In this document: positions 58,437 through 64,000 of the stretch, piece by piece
Numbering within the stretch: position 1 is the stretch's first letter
Layout of the letters: each line of letters begins with the position of its first letter
Assembly (NCBI GenBank): GCA_963841605.1
Contig: CAWJDM010000016.1
Coordinates: 2,405 to 66,404, forward strand
Length of the DNA: 64,000 nucleotides
Origin: an uncultured Acidobacteriota bacterium
Lineage (GTDB): Bacteria; Acidobacteriota; Terriglobia; Acidiferrales; UBA7541
Direction: 5' to 3'
The notes under the pieces: model-generated
Seen by the model: the letters and a program-made list of their open reading frames with translations, nothing else
Told to the model about the DNA's origin: nothing
The model's database searches: none
Program-made: the position numbers and the translations under genes

Positions 58437-59104
58437 TTTCGCGACGAGGATTCGTTCTCGATTTTCTCGTACCACAGCCGATGGAAGGTCCACGCCCAGG
58501 CGCGCGTGACGCCTCCATGAATCATCGAAGCAAAGCTACCTTCTTCGAGCACCGTGCTCAGATAAACGTGAATCAGGAAGAGGCCGATCGTGATCAGCGC
58601 CACGCTTGCATGAACCAGAACCGCGGCATAGCGCAGAAACCGCAGGCTCCAGGGAAGCGTTTCCGTATACCACAGCACGACTCCCGAAAGCAGCATCAGG
58701 ATGGCGCCGTAGAAGATTCCCCAGAAGAAAAGCTTCTGTCCGTAGTTGAAGCGTCCCGCCGGCGGCACCTGGTCGTCTTCGTTCTTGATGTAGTGGGGCA
58801 TGGCTCTCGCCCACGTGCGATCGCTATCGTCGACTTGCATGTCGCCACGCCACTCCTTGAACGTCCAGAAGAGCGACGCCGTAAATATCAGGCCGAACCA
58901 TGGATGCCAGAACCGCGCCGTCGTCCCGCCGCCTACGATCGCCGTTAGCCAGAAGAGATAGGGAGACCAGAACGCGAGGCCCGTAAGCAGCAGATATATG
59001 TAGCTGAGTGCGCCGATCCAGTGATTGATGCGCTCGCCAAATGAATATCGCGGGATGATCTCGTCGTTGCGGCTGGCGGCGGTCGATACGGCATTAGTCG
59101 TCAT
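58433..59104 (-). CDS. fdnI: Formate dehydrogenase-N gamma subunit (dihaem cytochrome b556)
   Basis: RYSFGERINHWIGALSYIYLLLTG...ARFWHPWFG...VLVHASVALITIGLFLIHVY shows four TM helices with the haem-ligand His pattern. ATGA overlap with fdnH. Confidence 0.85.
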   Translation of the reverse strand: MTTNAVSTAASRNDEIIPRYSFGERINHWIGALSYIYLLLTGLAFWSPYLFWLTAIVGGGTTARFWHPWFGLIFTASLFWTFKEWRGDMQVDDSDRTWARAMPHYIKNEDDQVPPAGRFNYGQKLFFWGIFYGAILMLLSGVVLWYTETLPWSLRFLRYAAVLVHASVALITIGLFLIHVYLSTVLEEGSFASMIHGGVTRAWAWTFHRLWYEKIENESSSRK

Positions 59105-59991
59105 GGCCGCCTCCCATTATCCGATTGAATCTCTTCTTCTTTCTTCGGCCCGTAGCGCAAGTAGTGAACGGCGATTCCGAGCAAGCCTCCGATCATCGCG
59201 GCATTGCCGAGCCATTTCAGCGGCTTCTTCCAAAACTGCACGGACCACGGAATGCGCGGATCTTTCGGCAGGCCGCCATACAGCTCGGGATTCGACGCGT
59301 CGTGCAGGACGTAAATCACGTGCGTGCCGCCGACGCCTGCCGGATCGTAGACGCCCGCGTCGGCGAAATGCGACTGTGTGCGAAGTTGCTCCGCGCGCGT
59401 TTCCGCCAACTCTTTCATTTCGTTCTTGGTGCCGAAATGCAGGCAGCCTGTCGGGCACGCCTTGATGCATGCGGGCTCCAGCCCCTGCGACACGCGGTCG
59501 TTGCACAGCGTGCACTTGAATACTTTCCGCGCCTTCGGGCTGAACTTCGGGATGTTGAAGGGGCAGCCCGTGATGCAGTAGCCGCACCCGATGCAATTCG
59601 CCTCCTGAAAATCGACGATTCCGTTGGCGTACTGCACGATCGCGCCATCGGCAGGGCACGCCTTGAGACAGCCGGGATCCTCGCAGTGCATGCACTGATC
59701 CTTGCGCATCAGCAGCATCAGGCCGTGCTCGGGATCTTCGTGCTCGTTGAACTTGATCAGGTTCCAATAATTCCACGCCGTTTCGGGCATGGTCTGGTAG
59801 GTGTTGTCGAAGGAGGTTTCGGTGAATGGATACCCGTTCCATTCAAGGCAGGCCACTTCGCATGCTTTGCAGCCGATGCACGTGGTTGTGTCGACCAGCT
59901 TGCAGACTTGATATTCGCGGTTCAGGCCGGCGCCCGGGACGGGGCCCGCATGCCCTGAAATCCTGATTAGTTCCGTCGATGCCTGGCTCAT
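59101..59991 (-). CDS. fdnH: Formate dehydrogenase-N beta subunit (four 4Fe-4S clusters, C-terminal TM anchor)
   Basis: CIGCKACEVAC, CMHCEDPGCLKACP, CIGCGYCITGCP, CTLCNDRVSQGLEPACIKACP. C-terminal helix (LKWLGNAAMIGGLLGIAVHYL). Confidence 0.9.
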   Translation of the reverse strand: MSQASTELIRISGHAGPVPGAGLNREYQVCKLVDTTTCIGCKACEVACLEWNGYPFTETSFDNTYQTMPETAWNYWNLIKFNEHEDPEHGLMLLMRKDQCMHCEDPGCLKACPADGAIVQYANGIVDFQEANCIGCGYCITGCPFNIPKFSPKARKVFKCTLCNDRVSQGLEPACIKACPTGCLHFGTKNEMKELAETRAEQLRTQSHFADAGVYDPAGVGGTHVIYVLHDASNPELYGGLPKDPRIPWSVQFWKKPLKWLGNAAMIGGLLGIAVHYLRYGPKKEEEIQSDNGRRP

Positions 59992-60001
59992 CGTCCGCTC
60001 C

Positions 60002-63000
60002 CTATGCCTTCTCGACTTTTACTAGGAAGCCCTTGGATTCAGGGGTGTGCGCGTTCGGATCGGTCACGGAAGGAGTCAGCAAATTCGCCGGAGTACGCGC
60101 ATCGCGATCGGCATCCTCCTGGATCCCACGGAAGCCTTGATGAATCGGCAGTCCAATCTGGTAGACCTTCTTGCCGTCGATCATCATGGGTTTCAGCCGC
60201 TTCGTGACGAATGCTTTGGCAATGTAGGTCCCTCGCGCGCTGATCACTTTGATCTTGTCCGTCCCTTGAATCCCTTTTTCCTCCGCCAGCTCGACGGGAA
60301 TCTCGACGAAAGGCTCCGGGATCAGCTGAACGTTCATCGGATTGTTTTTCGTCCAGTAGTGATATTGCTCTGTCAGGCGGTAGGTGGTGCAGACGATGCT
60401 GTACTCTTCCGGCGTGCCGAATTTGTCGTACGGCGTCTTGAACTTTTTCACGAGCGGGTTCGTCGATTGGTTCGGGTGCAGCGGATTCTTGATCGGGCTC
60501 TCAATCGGTTCGTAATGTTCGGGGAACGGTCCCTCCGCCAGCACTCCAATGGGCGCGAACAATCGGCCCACGCCTTCCGGGTTCATGATGAACGGGCCCA
60601 GGTGGTCCTTCGGATGCGAGTCCGGCTTGAAGTCCGGCACGTCATTGCCGGCCCATTTTCCAGCCGCTTCGTTCCACCATACCTGCTTGCGCGTTGGATC
60701 CCACGGTTTGCCTTCGAGGTCGCAAGACGCGCGGTTGTACAAAACGCGCCGGTTGGCCGGCCACGACCACGCCCAGTTGGGATAAATGCCCAAACCGGAG
60801 GGATCTTCCGTGCCGCGCCGCTGAATCTGCGATCCGGCCTCGGTCCACATGCCGGAGTAAATCCAGTTGCCGCACATCGTGGTGCCGTCGTCCTTTAGCG
60901 ATGCAAAGCCGGGCAACTGCTGTCCAGCTCTGACCACCACCTGACCGGTCTTGTCGTCCTTCAGATCGGCCAGGGCTTTACCATTGAGCTCCATGGCGAC
61001 TTGCGAAAGCGACGGATGAGATGCGTCCGCGTAGGCCCAGCTTAGATTCAAAATCGGGTCGGGGAACTTGCCGCCTTCTTTTTTGTAAAGGTCGCGTACG
61101 CGCAGGAAAATCTGCGCCACGATATCCTGATCGAGCCGCGCCTCTCCCGGAGGCGGAACGGCGGCATATTTCCAAGTGACCCAGCGCGCCGAGTTGGTCA
61201 TGCTGCCGTCTTTTTCGGCGAAGCCGGCGCAGGGCAAGCGGTAGACCGTGGTCTTGATGTTTTGTTGTTCTTCGGCGGTGATGCCAGGAGCGCGCCAGAA
61301 TTCGCTGGTCTCGTCCGGATAAATTTCGCCCACCACCAGCCAGTCGGCCTTCTTGAGCGCGGCGATATTTTTGTTCGTGTCCGGGCCGATCATCACGCCG
61401 TTCATGCCAAAGGCGAACATGCCCTTGACCTTCCCGTTGTACATATCGTCCCAGATGTGGGTCCACGAATAATCGCGGTCGTACTTCGGAAGGTAATCGA
61501 ATGCGAATCCGTTTTCTTTGGTGGCGGCGTCGCCATAAAACGCCTTGAGCAGCGAGACCATGAATTTCGGCGTGTTCGACCAGTAGTTCATCGAATCCCA
61601 CACACCGGGCTTCGACGGCGTCGGCGTCGTCCGCTTGAGGAACGCGGCGAGGTCTGTGTCGGCCGGAACCGGCGCTTTCAAGTATCCGGGGAAGCTGTCG
61701 AAGAGGCCCGCCATGTCCGTCGCGCCCTGAATATTCGAATGTCCGCGGAGGGCGTTGACGCCGCCGCCCGCTCTGCCCACGTTTCCGAGCAGGAGCTGAA
61801 TCATCGCCGCCGTGCGGATGATTTGCGTTCCGAAGGTGTGCTGCGTCCAGCCGACCGCATAGATGATGGTGGCGACTTTCTTCATGTCGCCATCCTTGCG
61901 GATCGATGTGAAGAGGTCCACGGCATCCAGGAATTTGCCGCGGGGAATTCCCGTGATTCGTTCGACGGTTTCGGGCGTGTAGCGCGAATACTGCTGCTTC
62001 AGCAATTGGAAAACGCAGCGCGGATGCTGCAGCGTGAGGTCGTAGGCCGTATTCGGCGGAAGCGCCGGCGGAGCCGCGGCACCGGCTAGGGCGGCTGTGG
62101 CATGCCCGCCGGTATCCGCCTTGCCGGCCATGTCGCCGCCTGCCTCATAGTTCCACGTCGATTTGTCGTAGCTTTGCGTCGCTGCATCGAAGCCGGAATA
62201 GAGGCCGTCTTCAGGCAACTTGAACCCTTCCTTCACGATGAACGCGGCGTTCGTGTAATTGATCAAATACTCCTTCGCGATCCGGTTGTTGTCGATCGCG
62301 TATTTGATCAAGCCGCCGAGGAATGCGATGTCGGCGCCGGCGCGGATTTGGAGAAACCGGTCGGCGGTAGCGGACGTGCGGGTGAATCGCGGGTCGACCG
62401 AAATAATCTTGGCGTTGCGGTTGCGCTTGGCCTCGATCGCCCACTTGAATCCGCAGGGATGGTTTTCGGCGGGATTTCCGCCCATGATCAACATCATGTC
62501 GGTGTTCTTGATGTCGATCCAGCCATTGGTCATCGCGCCGCGGCCGAATGTTGGTCCCAAACTTGAGACCGTGGGGCCGTGTCAAACACGGGCTTGGTTT
62601 TCTAAATACACCAAGCCCATGCTCCTCATCGCCTTGATGGCCACATAGTTGAACTCGTTCGTGTCCGTGCAGCCGCCGATGAACGAAATCCCCTCGCAGC
62701 GGTTGACCGTATGCCCGTTCGCGTCCTTCTCCACGAAGGTATCGTCGCGGGTCTTCTTCGTCCACTGCGCGATTTCGTTGAGCGCGTCATCCCAGGAGAT
62801 GTCCTGCCATTCGGTTGCGCCGGGGCGGCGGACTTGCGGCTTGGTGAGTCGCCGCGAATTGAGGATGTCCTGCTCGAGCGAAGAGCCCTTCGGGCAGAGC
62901 GTTCCGCGGTTGGTCGGATGGTCGGGATCGCCTTCGACGTGGACCACCTGCGGCGTGACGTTCTTGGCGCCGTCGCCGATGGTGTAAATGAGGACGCCGC

Positions 63001-63169
63001 AGCCTACCGCGCAGTACGGACACGTCGAGCGCGTCTCCGTGGCTCGCGCAATCTTCAGCTCCTTCAGTTGCGCGTAGGCGGGCTTCAGATCGAAGCCCAG
63101 CACGGTGGCGCTCGCTCCGCCGATCACTGCAACCTTGAGGAAGGCTCGGCGCGTTACTTCCATCTGCAT
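60002..63169 (-). CDS. fdnG: Formate dehydrogenase-N alpha subunit, Tat-exported molybdopterin selenoprotein (in-frame UGA = Sec at codon 196)
   Basis: ORFs 62582..63169 and 60002..62560 are one gene. MQMEVTRRAFLK Tat signal and CPYCAVGCG FeS motif. ...LENQARV-TGA(62584..62582)-HGPTVSSLGPTFGRGAMTNGW... is colinear with E. coli FdnG ...DNQARVUHGPTVASLAPTFGRGAMTNHW (Sec196). Confidence 0.92.
62553..62570 (-). promoter_or_regulatory. Candidate SECIS hairpin for the fdnG UGA
   Basis: The minus-strand RNA GGUCUC-AAGUUU-GGGACC (6-bp stem including one G-U pair) starts 11 nt 3' of the UGA. Flanking GGCC...GGCC could extend the stem. Confidence 0.5.
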
Positions 63170-63437
63170 CCTCCTGGGTTGTGCCGCTCTAGGCCTGAAT
63201 CACGTGCGTTGACGTGGGCATGCAATACCTGTGATGTATTACAGAATGTTTCGGGACATTAATTTTGGGTAAACGACTGAGGGTGGCCCCGGGCAACAGG
63301 GCCAAGTACCACGGACCGCAAAGGGAAAGGAATCTGTCATGCTACTTGAGCTGTAGTCGCGTCGACCCCTGCGGCTTTCGGCTGCGCCCTGAACTTTTCT
63401 TCCCTCCCGCGCACCTCAATCACAGCCCTGGACCACT

Positions 63438-64000
63438 TTACGCCCAGGTATAGCCGTGGTTGGCGAGCGGGAGATTGCGGATCCGCTTGCCGGTCGCCGT
63501 GAAAATAGCGTTGGCGATGGCTGGAAGCATCGGCGGCAGCGCCGGCTCTCCGAGGCCCGTGGGCGAATGTTCCGTCTTCAGGAAGTAGATGTCGATCGCC
63601 GTGGGCGCCTGCGTGAGCCGCACGGGCGGGTAGTTGTTGAAATTGCTTTGGACGGCGTGGCCATCATCGATCGTGATTTGGTACCCCATGATGTGGCTCA
63701 TGCCCTCGATCACCGCGCCCTGCGCGATATTTTCCGCAGCGCCCGGATTGATGACCTGGCTGCCGATGTCTCCCACGACCCAGACCTTGTGGACCCTCAC
63801 GTTGTTGCCGCCGGTGACGGTCACCTGTGCAACCTCGGCAAAGTATCCCATGTGGCTGAAGTGGAAGGCGACTCCCATCGCCGTGTCCTTCGGCAGCTTG
63901 GTCTTGCCCCAGCCCGACCTTTCCGCCACGGCCTTGAGCACGCCGGTCATGCGCGGCGCGTCGAAGGGCATCGGCCTGAAGGCGATCGGCGTTCCCGGCG
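63438..64000 (-). CDS. Molybdopterin-binding subunit of an aldehyde-oxidase/xanthine-dehydrogenase-family enzyme (IorB-like), C-terminal part; 5' end beyond window
   Basis: The frame stays open upstream of the listed Met to the window edge. [33 protein letters not shown]...[31 protein letters not shown] is the typical C-terminus of IorB/CoxL-like Mo-hydroxylase subunits. Confidence 0.75.
   Translation of the reverse strand, partial: PGTPIAFRPMPFDAPRMTGVLKAVAERSGWGKTKLPKDTAMGVAFHFSHMGYFAEVAQVTVTGGNNVRVHKVWVVGDIGSQVINPGAAENIAQGAVIEGMSHIMGYQITIDDGHAVQSNFNNYPPVRLTQAPTAIDIYFLKTEHSPTGLGEPALPPMLPAIANAIFTATGKRIRNLPLANHGYTWA

Noticed and set aside
60002-63169. fdnG appears as two ORFs separated by a stop codon. 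Is it a disrupted pseudogene?
   Set aside because: The stop is a TGA at exactly the position of Sec196 in E. coli FdnG, with conserved flanking residues and a downstream hairpin. It is read as selenocysteine.
63170-63437. The AT-rich fdnG upstream region with the imperfect palindrome tgtaatac-N7-gtattgca. Is it an FNR/CRP-type operator, or a Moco riboswitch?
   Set aside because: It does not match the TTGAT-N4-ATCAA consensus, and I cannot recognise the Moco RNA motif by eye. I left it as an unassigned promoter region.

Overview
High-GC bacterial chromosomal window. The gene content suggests Acidobacteriota: CarboxypepD_reg-fused TonB-type outer-membrane proteins, a VWFA-related acidobacterial-type protein, and many REP-like intergenic repeats. 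This taxonomic call is inference, not verified. All calls come from reading the ORF translations and the nucleotide text; no searches were run.

Gene content, left to right:
- 1-7.4 kb: a quinoprotein dehydrogenase (partial) with its dihaem cytochrome c, an SDR, a VWA protein, and a C-A-B succinate dehydrogenase operon.
- 7.4-8.7 kb: a small insertion bracketed by a duplicated sdhB 3' end.
- 8.7-17.5 kb: an NHL-propeller protein, an IS110/IS1111-type insertion sequence, an orphan receiver domain, an S1/P1 nuclease, an MFS transporter, and an unusual ExeA-ATPase/AMIN/amidase fusion.
- 17.5-20.2 kb: an AT-richer islet with two orphan secreted proteins and a PIN/AbrB toxin-antitoxin pair, framed by 105-nt direct repeats.
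- 20.2-33.3 kb: a convergent cluster that looks uptake- or catabolism-related. It holds an esterase, an NTF2-like lipoprotein, an Fe-ADH, a TonB-type OMP, paralogous membrane and secreted proteins, an MBL hydrolase and a VOC dioxygenase.
- 33.5-36.7 kb: a FecR + CHASE2 adenylate/guanylate cyclase pair.
- 36.8-63.2 kb: a very redox-dense stretch. It contains an OMP + decahaem/LVIVD-propeller operon, a tandem GlcG lipoprotein, and a multihaem-cytochrome/GH63-like/SthA cluster. It also contains a NuoEF-like + FeS/2x cNMP/polyferredoxin + His-rich membrane protein + decahaem cytochrome operon (the cytochrome is interrupted by a single-T frameshift), and a selenocysteine-containing FDH-N operon (fdnGHI-fdhE).
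- 63.4-64.0 kb: a partial Mo-hydroxylase subunit at the right edge.

No rRNA, tRNA or CRISPR array was recognised.

Best candidates for undescribed biology:
- The cNMP-domain-containing NAD(P)H-to-periplasmic-cytochrome operon (51.2-57.5 kb).
- The OMP/multihaem-LVIVD pair (36.8-43.1 kb).
- The ExeA-AMIN-amidase fusion (15.0-17.5 kb).
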